Assembly (NCBI GenBank): GCA_964291675.2
Contig: OZ219866.1
Coordinates: 2,048,001-2,112,000, forward strand
DNA: 64,000 nucleotides
DNA from: Alphaproteobacteria bacterium
Lineage (GTDB): Bacteria; Pseudomonadota; Alphaproteobacteria; MPNO01
Reading direction: 5' to 3'
The notes beneath the pieces were generated by a model. That model saw nothing but the letters and a program-made list of their open reading frames with translations, was not told where the DNA came from and searched no databases. The position numbers and the translations under genes were made by a program. Shown here in pieces: positions 9,332-25,194 of the stretch (position 1 is the stretch's first letter; the number at the start of each line of letters is the position of its first letter).

Positions 9332-9844
9332 TTGGGGGCGGCATTCGACAGGATCGTCAACGCCTTCGCCTGGATCGCCGGCGCGCTGCTGATCTTCCAG
9401 GTCGTCAGCGTGTCCGCCGATGTCGGCTCGCGCTATTTCTTCGGCGAGTCCATCCGCTGGGTGATCGCGCTCAACGAGTGGAGCCTGCTGTTCATCGCGT
9501 TTCTCGGCGCCGCCTGGCTGCAGCAGCGGGGCGGCCATGTCCGGCTCGACATCCTGGTAACCCGCTTCGGGCGGCGGACCCGGCTCGCCTCCGAGCTGTT
9601 CGGCCTGCTGCTCGGGATCTGCGTCTGCCTGGTGCTGGTCTGGCAGGGCGGCAAGGTCACCTGGGAGAAGTTCCTGACCAACGAATACGACTACTTCAAG
9701 GTCGAGGAAGTTCCCATCTTCATCGTGCTCGCGGTCATCCCGCTGGGCAGCGCGGTCTTCCTGGTGCAGTTGGCGAGGGACGCCTGGAGGCTGATACGCG
9801 CCCCCGCCGAGCGGCGGTCCGGCGACGTTCAGGTCGACCTCTAG
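9332..9844 (+). CDS. dctQ: TRAP transporter small permease
   Basis: 4 hydrophobic helices, GGHVRLDIL; TTG start uncertain. Confidence 0.85.
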   Translation: MGAAFDRIVNAFAWIAGALLIFQVVSVSADVGSRYFFGESIRWVIALNEWSLLFIAFLGAAWLQQRGGHVRLDILVTRFGRRTRLASELFGLLLGICVCLVLVWQGGKVTWEKFLTNEYDYFKVEEVPIFIVLAVIPLGSAVFLVQLARDAWRLIRAPAERRSGDVQVDL

Positions 9845-9868
9845 CGCGCGCGGCGGGAGGAGACCGGC

Positions 9869-11185
9869 GTGGAATGGTACTGGTCGCTGGCGCTGATACT
9901 GGGGGCGTTCTTCACCCTGCTGTTCGTCGGGGTCCCGGTCGTCTTCTCGTTCTTCGCGGTGAACATCGTCGGCATGTTCCTGCTGATGGGCGGCGAGGCC
10001 GGGCTCGAACAGATGGTCAACAGCGCCTATGGCAGCCTGACGGTGTTCGTGCTGCTGCCGATCACCCTGTTCGTGCTGATGGGCGAGGTGATGTTCCGGG
10101 CGGGCGTCGCGGCGCGCATGATAGACGCGCTCGACAAGTGGCTCGGCAACCTTCCCGGGCGCCTGTCGCTGCTCGCCGTGGCGTCCGGGACGGTGCTCGC
10201 CTCGCTCAGCGGCGCCAGCATCGGGACCACCGCGATGCTCGGCGCGACGCTCGCGCCGGAGCTGGAATCGCGGGGCTACAAGAAGCCGATGAGCATCGGC
10301 CCGCTGCTCGGCAGCGGCGGGCTCGCGATCATGATCCCGCCGAGCGGGTTGGGCGTGATTCTGGCGGTGCTGGCCGAGGTGTCGGTCGGCAAGCTGCTGA
10401 TCGCGATCGTCCTGCCGGGCATCATGATGGCGGTGCTGTATGCGTCCTACATCGTCGTCCGCTGCTACCTGCAACCCGAGCTCGCGCCGCGCTACGCCGT
10501 CGAACGGGTGCCGCTCGGGCTGAAGATCGTCCTCACCGTCAAATACGTCCTGCCGCTCGGCCTCATCGTGTTCCTCGTCGTCGGGCTGATCTTTCTCGGC
10601 GTCGCCACGCCCACCGAGGCGGCGGCGCTCGGCACCGCCGGGGCGTTCGTGCTCGCCGCCTGCTATCGCGGGCTCAGCTGGAAGGTCACCCGCGAGGCGC
10701 TGGAGAGCACGCTCAGGATCGCGGTGATGGTGCTGATCATCCTCGCCGCGGCCCAGGCCTATTCGCAGGTGCTCGCCTTCACCGGCGCCAACCGCTATCT
10801 CGTGCAATGGGCGGTCGGGCTCCCGGTGGCGCCGCTGGTCCTCATCGTCATGATGCAGGTCGTCATCCTGATCCTCGGCGGCTTCATCTCCGGCGTGCCC
10901 CTGATGCTGATCACCCTGCCGGTCTTCCTGCCCGTGGTGAAGCAGCTCGGCTACGACCCGATCTGGTTTCTCGTCCTGTTCCTGATCAATATCGAGATGG
11001 CGCAGACCACCCCGCCCTACGGCATCCTGCTCTATGTGATGAAGGGCGTGTCGCCGCCGGATACCACGATGGGCCAGATCATCCGGGCGGCGGTCCCCTT
11101 CCTGATCTGCGACGTCATCGCCATGGCCCTGATCATGGGATTCCCCGACATCTCCCTGGCCCTGCCGGGGCTGATGATCAAGTGA
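9869..11185 (+). CDS. dctM: TRAP transporter large permease
   Basis: Polytopic membrane protein; IMIPPS, ATPTEAA, TPPYG. Confidence 0.93.
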   Translation: MEWYWSLALILGAFFTLLFVGVPVVFSFFAVNIVGMFLLMGGEAGLEQMVNSAYGSLTVFVLLPITLFVLMGEVMFRAGVAARMIDALDKWLGNLPGRLSLLAVASGTVLASLSGASIGTTAMLGATLAPELESRGYKKPMSIGPLLGSGGLAIMIPPSGLGVILAVLAEVSVGKLLIAIVLPGIMMAVLYASYIVVRCYLQPELAPRYAVERVPLGLKIVLTVKYVLPLGLIVFLVVGLIFLGVATPTEAAALGTAGAFVLAACYRGLSWKVTREALESTLRIAVMVLIILAAAQAYSQVLAFTGANRYLVQWAVGLPVAPLVLIVMMQVVILILGGFISGVPLMLITLPVFLPVVKQLGYDPIWFLVLFLINIEMAQTTPPYGILLYVMKGVSPPDTTMGQIIRAAVPFLICDVIAMALIMGFPDISLALPGLMIK

Positions 11186-11204
11186 CGCGACCGTCCCCGG
11201 GAGG

Positions 11205-12218
11205 ATGACCTTGCGGTTTCCCGAACAGCTCCTGCTCGACAGCGCCGATATCGCGGCGGTGGCGCCGCCGCTCGCGGAGATCGTCGACATGGTCGAACGG
11301 ACGTATCGCATGGACGGGCGGGGCGAGGTCGAGGTGCCCCTGAAGGCGGGGGTGCATCCGGACCGTCCGCACAGCTTCCTGCACGCCATGCCCGCCTGGG
11401 TCGCCGGAGAGCGGGCGCTCGGGATGAAGTGGATCTCCTACTACCCCGGCAACGCCGAGCGCGGGCTCCCCGACTCCTCGGGGCTGATCGTGCTCAACGA
11501 TCCCGACCACGGGCTGCCGGTGGCGATCATGGAAGGCATGTGGATCACCTTCGTGCGCACGGCGGCCTGCGGCGCGGTGGCCGCCCGGCACTGCGCGCGC
11601 CGGGACCCGGCGCGTCTCGGGCTGGTCGGGTGCGGCGGCCTCGGCAAGTGGTCTCTCAGGGTGCTGTCGGCGCTGTTTCCCACCCTGAAGGATGTCTTCG
11701 TCGCATCGCGCAGCCGGGCGAGCCGCGAGAGATTCTGCGCCGCCATGGCGGCGGAGGGGAGCTGGACCCTGACCCCGGTAGACACCACCGAGGATGCGGT
11801 GCGCGGCATGGACATCGTCGTCTCGTCGATACCGCAGGGATCGGAGCGGCCGCTCAAGGCCGGCTGGTGGACGCCCGGCATGCTGGCCATCCCGCTCGAC
11901 GTCCTGACCGCCTGGGAGGACGAGGCGTTCGAGATCGTCGACCTGCTGGTCGCCGACAACGACGCCGGGCTGAAGGCGGCCGCGGCACAGCGGCGGCCCG
12001 ATCTTGCGCTGCCCGACGATTTCGCCTCCTTCGGCGATATCGTGCTCGGCAACCGCCCCGGCCGCCTCGACGACCGGGACCGCATCATGGCGATACCGAC
12101 CGGGCTCGGGAGCGTCGACATGCCGCTTGCGTGGTCGATCTACCGGCGGGCCCGGGAGGCCGGGGTGGGGAAGACCATCGATTTGCTGTCCGACGCCCCG
12201 CTGTCGGGCGCGCGTTAG
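11205..12218 (+). CDS. Ornithine cyclodeaminase/mu-crystallin family protein
   Basis: HAMPA, GMKWISYYPGN, ITFVRTAA, GCGGLG, PTGLGSVD. Confidence 0.9.
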   Translation: MTLRFPEQLLLDSADIAAVAPPLAEIVDMVERTYRMDGRGEVEVPLKAGVHPDRPHSFLHAMPAWVAGERALGMKWISYYPGNAERGLPDSSGLIVLNDPDHGLPVAIMEGMWITFVRTAACGAVAARHCARRDPARLGLVGCGGLGKWSLRVLSALFPTLKDVFVASRSRASRERFCAAMAAEGSWTLTPVDTTEDAVRGMDIVVSSIPQGSERPLKAGWWTPGMLAIPLDVLTAWEDEAFEIVDLLVADNDAGLKAAAAQRRPDLALPDDFASFGDIVLGNRPGRLDDRDRIMAIPTGLGSVDMPLAWSIYRRAREAGVGKTIDLLSDAPLSGAR

Positions 12219-12232
12219 CACGGGGAACGGAG

Positions 12233-13306
12233 ATGGACGGGTTGGCGATCCGCATGACCGAACGGAGCCGGCTCGGGGATCTCGATCTCGACCGGCTGGT
12301 CTTCGGCGAAATCTTCTCCGACCACATGTTCAGCATGGTCTGGCGCGACGGCGCGTGGCGCGACCCGGAGATCGTCCCCTACGGCCCGATCCCCATCGAG
12401 CCCGGCGCGATGACGCTGCACTACGCCCAGATGGCGTTCGAGGGGCTGAAGGCGTTTGTCGGCGTGGACGGGCGGGTCCGCGTCTTCCGTCCCGACCGCA
12501 ACGCGAGACGGCTGCGCCTGTCCTGCCGGCGCATGTGCATTCCCGAGATCGACGAGGACGACTTCGTCCAGGCGGTGACCCGGCTGGTCGATATCGACCG
12601 GGGCTGGATATCGGACCGGCCGGGCCACGGGCTCTACATCCGGCCCATCGTGTTCAGCGCCGAAGCGCATCTCGAGGTCCGGCCGTCGAGAGCCTACCGG
12701 TTCATCGTCATGACCTGTCCGGTGGGTGCGTATTTCGCCAGCGGCGATGCCGGCCTGTCGCTCAAAATCGAGGATCGTTTCGCGCGCACCGCGCCGCATG
12801 GCGGGGTGGGCGAGACCAAGACCTCGGCCAACTACGCGACGACGTTTGCCGCCGGCCGGCAGGCGCGCGAAGACGGGTTCGACCAGGTGCTGTGGCTCGA
12901 CGGCAGCCAGCACCGCTATGTCGAGGAGGCCGGGTTGATGAACGTGTTCTTCAAGCTCGGCGAGCGCGTCGTCACGCCGGCGCTCAACGGCGCGATCCTT
13001 CCGGGCGTGACGCGGGAGAGCGTCATCGCGCTGCTGGCCGACCGGGGCATCGCGGTCGAGGAGCGGGAAGTCGCGATCGACGAAATCGTCGCCGCGTGCG
13101 AAGACGGCGCGCTCGAAGAGGCGTTCGTCACCGGAACCGCCGCGGTCGTGCTCCCGGTCGGCCGGCTGAACTTCAAGGGGCGCGACCTGATCCCCCTGCT
13201 TGCCGGCGAAGCGCCGCTCACCGGATCGCTGCACGACGAGCTGACCGGCATCCAGTACGGGCGCATCGAAGACCGCCACGGCTGGAACCATCCGGTCGAA
13301 ATCTGA
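12233..13306 (+). CDS. ilvE: Branched-chain amino acid aminotransferase (fold type IV PLP)
   Basis: LHYAQMAFEGLKA, FRPDRN, LYIRP, ETKTSANY (PLP Lys), ILPGVTRES, GTAAV. Confidence 0.9.
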   Translation: MDGLAIRMTERSRLGDLDLDRLVFGEIFSDHMFSMVWRDGAWRDPEIVPYGPIPIEPGAMTLHYAQMAFEGLKAFVGVDGRVRVFRPDRNARRLRLSCRRMCIPEIDEDDFVQAVTRLVDIDRGWISDRPGHGLYIRPIVFSAEAHLEVRPSRAYRFIVMTCPVGAYFASGDAGLSLKIEDRFARTAPHGGVGETKTSANYATTFAAGRQAREDGFDQVLWLDGSQHRYVEEAGLMNVFFKLGERVVTPALNGAILPGVTRESVIALLADRGIAVEEREVAIDEIVAACEDGALEEAFVTGTAAVVLPVGRLNFKGRDLIPLLAGEAPLTGSLHDELTGIQYGRIEDRHGWNHPVEI

Positions 13307-13480
13307 CCGGTCGGCCGCCGATTCGGCCGCCTTTCGCTTGCGCGAGCGACCGAGGCAATCGTCCCGCCTGTCTTCTACCCGACCCCGCGATGCTCTATAT
13401 GGTTGTTCTTTTGGGCGCCGCCCGGACCGGTTCCGAGGGTGGCGGCTCTTCCCGGACGAAACCCGTGGAGGTGACATCCC

Positions 13481-19496
<6,016 letters not shown>

Positions 19497-19509
19497 TCGT
19501 CCGCCCGGG

Positions 19510-20811
19510 TCAATAGAGCACGCCCGGCAGCCACAACGCCAGCTCGGGCACCGCCAGCATCAGCACCACCAGCAGGAAGGCGGCCGCGAGGAAGGGCATG
19601 ATGCCGGCATAGATCGAGGACAGCGGGATCTCGGGCACCTGCGAGCGGATGACGAATATGTTGAGCCCGACCGGGGGGGTGACCAGGCCGATCTCGATCA
19701 CCACGACGAGCAGCACGCCGAACCACACCGGGTCGTAGCCGAGCTCCAGCAGGAGCGGCAGGAACACCGGCACGGTGATCAGCATCATGGCGATCGATTC
19801 GAGCACGCAGCCGAGCAGGACGTAGAACGCCACCAGCGTCACCATGACCAGCCAGGGCGGCAGCCCGGTCCCCTTGACCCACTCCACCAGCCCCGCCGGC
19901 ACCTGGGTCCGCACCAGGAAATAGGAGAACAGGAACGCGGTGATCAGGATGAAGAACAGCATCGACGCGGTGCGCACGGTCTCCACCATGCTGTCGAGCA
20001 GCACCCCCCAGGTGATGCTGCGGGTGAGCGCGGCGATCGCGATGGCGCCGAAGGCGGCGACCGCGGCGGCCTCGGTCGGGCTGAAGATGCCGGCATAGAT
20101 GCCGCCGACGGCGAGGAAGAAGAGGATCAGGAGCTTCCACATCCCGGTGAGCTGGCGGAGCCGGCGCGACCACGGCACCGCGACGCTGTCGGGCGTCCAT
20201 CCCGGCAGCACGCGCGAGATCACCCAGACCACGACGATCTGCAGCCCGGCCAGCACGATCCCCGGGATCAGCCCGGCCGCGAAGAGCTGCGGCACCGACT
20301 GCTCGGCGACGATGGCGTAGAGCACCAGCATGACCGAGGGCGGGATCAGGATGCCGAGCGTCCCGCCCATGGCGACGGCGCCGGTCGACAGCCGGTCGTC
20401 GTAGCCGAGGCGCTGCATCTCGGGAACCGCGATCCGGCCCATCGTCGCCGCGGTCGCCAGCGAGGAGCCGCAGATGCAGCCGAATCCGGCGCAGGCCCCG
20501 ATGGTCGCCATCGCCAGCGCGCCGCGGCGGCCGGAGAACAGCGCGTTGGCGGCATCGAACAGCTCGCGCGACATGCCCGAGTGACCCGACACCACGCCCA
20601 TCAATATGAACAGCGGCATCACCGAGAGCGCATAGCCCGCGGTCAGGTCGAACGGCGTGGTCCCGAGCACGATGAACGCGGTGTCCCAGCCGTCGAGCGC
20701 GGCATACCCGACCAGCCCGACGATGCCGAGCGCAATTGCGATCTTGACGCGCAGCATGATCAGCACGATCAGCGCGACCACGCCGAGGATGCCGATGAGC
20801 TCGGAACTCAT
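19510..20811 (-). CDS. dctM: TRAP transporter large permease
   Basis: GGTLGILIPPS, FSPTEAA, TPPVGLN. Confidence 0.93.
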   Translation of the reverse strand: MSSELIGILGVVALIVLIMLRVKIAIALGIVGLVGYAALDGWDTAFIVLGTTPFDLTAGYALSVMPLFILMGVVSGHSGMSRELFDAANALFSGRRGALAMATIGACAGFGCICGSSLATAATMGRIAVPEMQRLGYDDRLSTGAVAMGGTLGILIPPSVMLVLYAIVAEQSVPQLFAAGLIPGIVLAGLQIVVVWVISRVLPGWTPDSVAVPWSRRLRQLTGMWKLLILFFLAVGGIYAGIFSPTEAAAVAAFGAIAIAALTRSITWGVLLDSMVETVRTASMLFFILITAFLFSYFLVRTQVPAGLVEWVKGTGLPPWLVMVTLVAFYVLLGCVLESIAMMLITVPVFLPLLLELGYDPVWFGVLLVVVIEIGLVTPPVGLNIFVIRSQVPEIPLSSIYAGIMPFLAAAFLLVVLMLAVPELALWLPGVLY

Positions 20812-21302
20812 CGGACCCCGACCGATCCGGCGAGCCGCAGCAGGTCGCGCACGAACAACAGCGCCACCGCCAGCATCGAGCAGGCGACTCCGAGCAGGAT
20901 CGGCACCCAGTGGACGATCTTCGGAATCTCCAGATCCTTGGTCTCGTCGCCGAAGGCGTACATGTCGAGCGCCGGCTCGATCATGTGGATCTCCATCAGC
21001 ACCAGCAGGACCAAAGCGAGCCCGGTCGAGACGGTCTCGAAGACCGGCCGGAGCCGCGGCCCGAACACCTCGTCGAGCACCTCGACGACGACGTGCTCGC
21101 GGCGCAGGAAGGTCTCGGGGATGGCCAGATAGACCATCGCGACCAGGAACAGCTCGACCAGGTCGAAGGTCCCGAAGATCGGCAGGTTGATCGCCCGCAG
21201 CGGGATATCCGCCACGGTGATCAGCATCATCGCGGCGAGAAACAGGACGGCGGCGCGGGTCAGGTACCGCGCCGCCGTATCGAAGACCGCATCCACGCTC
21301 AA
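20808..21302 (-). CDS. dctQ: TRAP transporter small permease
   Basis: 4 TM segments, REHVVVE; 4-nt overlap with dctM. Confidence 0.85.
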   Translation of the reverse strand: MSVDAVFDTAARYLTRAAVLFLAAMMLITVADIPLRAINLPIFGTFDLVELFLVAMVYLAIPETFLRREHVVVEVLDEVFGPRLRPVFETVSTGLALVLLVLMEIHMIEPALDMYAFGDETKDLEIPKIVHWVPILLGVACSMLAVALLFVRDLLRLAGSVGVR

Positions 21303-21315
21303 GGCGGGCGCGGAC

Positions 21316-22371
21316 CTAGCGGCGCTTCAGCCCGCTCCAGAAGTTCTTCGAGGACGCCGCGAACTTCTCGGAATACGCCTTCATCTTGCCGTAGACCTCG
21401 CGCGCCGGCAGCCCCTTGCCCTCCAGCCCGGCGAGCCTGGCCTCGGTGACGCCCTGGGCGATGCGCTTGAACTTGGCGTCCTCGGCCTCGGACAGGTGGA
21501 TCGTCTCGCCGCCCTCGCGCACCAGATACGCCTTGCCGGGGGCGTCGGCCGCGTCCCACATGCGCCCGACCTCGCGCGCGATCCCGGTCGTCGACGAGGT
21601 GACGAGGTCCTGGTGAGCCTTGGACAGCTTGCCGAACGTCTTGGGGTTCATGACGACCGAGAAGCTGGAGACGTAGGAGTACATCTCGGTCGTGTGCTTG
21701 ACGAGGCCGCCCAGCTTGAATGCGGTATGCGCCCCGCCATAGTCGATGAACACGCCGTCGATGGTGCCCTTCTGCAGGCCGTCGGCGATCTGGGTCGGCG
21801 GCATCCCGACCGGCGTGCCGCCGAGCGCGCCCACCCACTCGCGAATGGTCGGCGAGGCGAAGCGGATGCGCAGCCCCTTCATGTCCTCGGCGGTTCGTAC
21901 CGCGCGCGTCCTTGTGTGCAGATTGCCGGGCTGGTGCGTCAGGAGGTAGAGCACCTTGAGCCCGCGATGCTCCTTGTCCAGCACCTCCCGCAAATCGGGC
22001 TGGTTGAGAACCAGCGTGCCGACCTCCGCGCTCGGCACCGTGTAGGGCAGCTGGATCAGCTCGTTCAACGGGAAGCGGCCCGGCGTCGCGCCATGCAGGA
22101 TCCAGGTGAAGTCGGCGACCCCCTTGCGCGCGATGTCGTAGTACTTGGGCGGCGGGCCCATCTGGGCGCCGTGATAGAGGGCGATCTTCATCCCCCCGAT
22201 CGACAGCGCTTCGAGCTTGGCGGCCCAGGCGGTGATGTATTTCGACATGAAATGGCCCGCCGGCACGAAGCCCGCGTATTTGAGCTCGACCGTCTTGGCG
22301 ACGGCGGACGGCACCCAGACGAGCGCCGCGACGGAAGCGGCAATCAATGCGTGCTTGTACGGCTTCATCAT
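21316..22371 (-). CDS. dctP: TRAP transporter substrate-binding protein
   Basis: ATG 22371 after GGAGG; signal peptide; TPGRFP, DMKGLRIR, LQKGTIDG. Confidence 0.92.
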   Translation of the reverse strand: MMKPYKHALIAASVAALVWVPSAVAKTVELKYAGFVPAGHFMSKYITAWAAKLEALSIGGMKIALYHGAQMGPPPKYYDIARKGVADFTWILHGATPGRFPLNELIQLPYTVPSAEVGTLVLNQPDLREVLDKEHRGLKVLYLLTHQPGNLHTRTRAVRTAEDMKGLRIRFASPTIREWVGALGGTPVGMPPTQIADGLQKGTIDGVFIDYGGAHTAFKLGGLVKHTTEMYSYVSSFSVVMNPKTFGKLSKAHQDLVTSSTTGIAREVGRMWDAADAPGKAYLVREGGETIHLSEAEDAKFKRIAQGVTEARLAGLEGKGLPAREVYGKMKAYSEKFAASSKNFWSGLKRR

Positions 22372-22507
22372 GATCGCATCCTCCCCTGGGGGCCGTTGCA
22401 CTGCGCCCCGAATCCGTCTTGTTGCCGGTCATCTTAGCGAGAACGGGGCCGACGACGAAAGCGCCATTGCCGGGCGGCGGCCCGCCGCGCTCTTCACCCG
22501 GCGGCGG

Positions 22508-23701
22508 TCACGCGCCGTTGAAGGGGCTTGCCGGATCGCGGCCCATCAACCGCCCCCAGACGTCGAAGAACTCGCGCACCGACCGGTCGTCCTGGCCGGT
22601 GCCGCCTTCCTCGCGGGCATGGATGCTGTAGGGAATCGCGTCGCCCCGCATCGCCATCATCTGGAGCTCGGTCGCGAGATTGTCTTCCGGCACGTTGCGC
22701 CCGAACGGTCCCCAGACGTCGTTGTGGTGGCGGATGCGCATGGCGCGGACGTCCTCGGGCTCGCCCTTGACCCCGAGACCGCGGAACTCGACCAGCGTCC
22801 TGGTCGGGCTCACCGGGATCTGGCTGTCGATCCGCACCACGGTCGTGCGCACGTTGATCATCACGTCGGGAAACAGGTCGACGATGATCCATTCGTCGGG
22901 CTGCAGGCCGGGGAGCGGTTGCAGGCGGGCCTCGTCCGAACCGTAATGGGTGCCGCTCGCGTAGTCCGGCTTGAACGAGCCGAACACCAGATGGCCGTTC
23001 GGCAGATAGGTGAACTCGCGCTCGAAGAACTCCTTCCGGCTGAGATTCGTCTGCCGGTTATAGACGTGCATGATTTCGTGGTAGGGCTCGTTGTTGGTGA
23101 GCTGCCACAGCTTCCAGTTCGACTCCAGCGAGGCGCGGTGGAAATGGAACGGCTCCAGCGGACGCTCGCCCAGCACCGTCTCCAGCGGGCTCAGCGCATC
23201 GCCCAGAAACGCATCGAGCGGCTCCGCGTCGTCGTCGAGATTGACGAAGACCAGGCCCAGCCGGACCTCGGTCCGCACCTCGCGCAGCCCGACCTTGGAC
23301 CGGTCGATGTCGCAATGCCGGTAGGCCTCGTCGCGCGGAATGGCGATGCAGCTCCCCCGGTTGTCGTAGACCCAGCGGTGGAACACGCAGGTCCAGCTCC
23401 GGGCGTTGCCCGCGGGCTCCGTAACCACCACGGTGCCGCGATGCGAGCACGAGTTGACAAAGGTCCGCACCCTCCCGTCGGCGCCGCGCGCGACGACCAG
23501 CGGCTTGTCGGCCACCCGGGTGGTGCGGAAATCGTTGACCTCGGGGATCTCCCCCTCGTGGCAGACGAATTTCCAGACGCTCCCGAAGATCCTCGCCTGC
23601 TCCTCGCGGAACAGGGCTTCGTCGGTGTAAATCGCGTTGTCTACGAAGTGGGTGCGGGGAAGCGCCGGAACCGCCTCCCACTCGGCGCTGGTCCTCGACA
23701 C
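22508..23701 (-). CDS. Rieske oxygenase alpha subunit, methanesulfonate monooxygenase (MsmA)-like, short spacer
   Basis: GTG 23701 after GGAGG; CSH-x17-CVFH; NWKLWQLTNNEPYHEIMH; HNDVWGPFGRNVPED. Confidence 0.85.
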   Translation of the reverse strand: MSRTSAEWEAVPALPRTHFVDNAIYTDEALFREEQARIFGSVWKFVCHEGEIPEVNDFRTTRVADKPLVVARGADGRVRTFVNSCSHRGTVVVTEPAGNARSWTCVFHRWVYDNRGSCIAIPRDEAYRHCDIDRSKVGLREVRTEVRLGLVFVNLDDDAEPLDAFLGDALSPLETVLGERPLEPFHFHRASLESNWKLWQLTNNEPYHEIMHVYNRQTNLSRKEFFEREFTYLPNGHLVFGSFKPDYASGTHYGSDEARLQPLPGLQPDEWIIVDLFPDVMINVRTTVVRIDSQIPVSPTRTLVEFRGLGVKGEPEDVRAMRIRHHNDVWGPFGRNVPEDNLATELQMMAMRGDAIPYSIHAREEGGTGQDDRSVREFFDVWGRLMGRDPASPFNGA

Positions 23702-23850
23702 GGCTGTTCCTCCAGGGTGCGATCCGGGGCACATCCGATCCGTCGATCAGGCCGCGACGGTAGTGCAATCCCGAACGAGGGTCAACGCGACCGGCACGCC
23801 GCGACCGGCAGCCGGCGTCCGGTCCACGAATCCGGACCCGAGGCCGGGAT

Positions 23851-24927
23851 CTACTCCGCCGCCAGCGACCGCTTGTGGATTTCGGTCAGCCCGAACAGCC
23901 GTTCGGCGTTCTTCCAGGCGATCGCCTCGTAGGCTTCGGTGGAGATCGAGGACAGGGTCTGCACCGACTGCGCCACGTTCATGTGCGCGTCGGGGTGGGG
24001 GTAGTCGGTGCCGACCAGGAACTTGTCCACGCCGTACTTGCCGATCACGTGTTCCAGCAGCGACTCGTCGAGCCCGACGGCGTGGTGGAACATCTCGAAA
24101 TACTCGTGCGGCGCGCGCTTGTTCATCGGCCGTCCGCGGATGTCGAAGTTGTGATAGGCGAGCGGCGATTCGAAGGTCTCGACGGTGTCGCGCAGCCGGT
24201 CTTCCAGGAACGGCAGGAAGCTCACCCCCGCCTCGGCGAACAGGAGCTTCAGCCCGGGGAAGCGGTCGAGCAGGCCGGAATAGATCAGGCAGACCATGGC
24301 GTGCATGTAGTCGAAGGGGAAGCCCAGGCAGTTGTGCAGCCGCCAGCGGTCGAAACGCTCGTGGCCGATCTGCCTGCTGTCCGCATCGCCATGGAAGGCG
24401 ACGACCACGCCGAGACGCTCGGCCTCGGCGAACAGATCCCATAGCGGCAGCTCGTCGATCCGCCCGCCATCGACATTGGGACAGACTACCGCGCAGCGCA
24501 GCTTGTGCACGCCGACGCAGCGCTCCAGCTCGTCGATCGCCTCGTCCGGGTGCTGCATGGTCAGGCAGAACGTCGCGATTAGCCTGCCGCCCGAGCGGTG
24601 CTCCGCATCGGCCATCCCGTCATTGTGGTTCCGCACCAGGTCGCGCGCCTCGCCGGCATCGGCGATCTCGTTGTAGACGCCGGAGTGGTTGGGAAACAGA
24701 AGCTGGCAATCGATGCCAAGCCGGTCGACGTCGCGCAGCCGGCGCTCGACGCTGCAGGTCTGCTCGACCGGGATCGAGTGGGCGACGCGCGGGTGGTTGC
24801 GTCCCAGGAAGCGCATCGTCGCTCCGGCGCCGTCCGCGACGATGCGCGGCCGCAAGTGCCGATGCGGCCCCGCCATCGCGTCATAGGCCGCCTTGGGCAG
24901 AAAATGCGAATCCGCGTCGAACAGCAT
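23851..24927 (-). CDS. Amidohydrolase_2 family protein (ACMSD/LigW/LigY-like decarboxylase or hydrolase)
   Basis: ATG 24927 after GGAGG; FDADSHF, AFHG, LDRFPGLKLLFAEAG, GTDYPHPD. Confidence 0.88.
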   Translation of the reverse strand: MLFDADSHFLPKAAYDAMAGPHRHLRPRIVADGAGATMRFLGRNHPRVAHSIPVEQTCSVERRLRDVDRLGIDCQLLFPNHSGVYNEIADAGEARDLVRNHNDGMADAEHRSGGRLIATFCLTMQHPDEAIDELERCVGVHKLRCAVVCPNVDGGRIDELPLWDLFAEAERLGVVVAFHGDADSRQIGHERFDRWRLHNCLGFPFDYMHAMVCLIYSGLLDRFPGLKLLFAEAGVSFLPFLEDRLRDTVETFESPLAYHNFDIRGRPMNKRAPHEYFEMFHHAVGLDESLLEHVIGKYGVDKFLVGTDYPHPDAHMNVAQSVQTLSSISTEAYEAIAWKNAERLFGLTEIHKRSLAAE

Positions 24928-25194
24928 GGGGGATCCTCCGGATGCCGGGCGTACGGGACCGAGCTCCGCCGAGCGGCGGGCAGGGAAGGTTACTCGCAGC
25001 GGAGTCGTCTTTCCAGGCCGTTTCCGAGAGCACGGACGGTCCGATCGACCCCGGCGAGGCGGCGGGTGGACGCCTCCGGTGCGGATATTCGATGGATCGG
25101 GCCTCGACGAATTCGCGATTGCCCGTAAACTGACCGGCAATGGCGACCCGGCGAGAGCGCGCCGGCGTCGCCGAACGGGAGGAGGAGAACGGCG

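Noticed and set aside
6572-12218. Ectoine utilisation (eut/doe) cluster
   Set aside because: No EutB, EutE or DoeD recognised, the aminotransferase is IlvE-type, and the M24 enzyme keeps its full metal site
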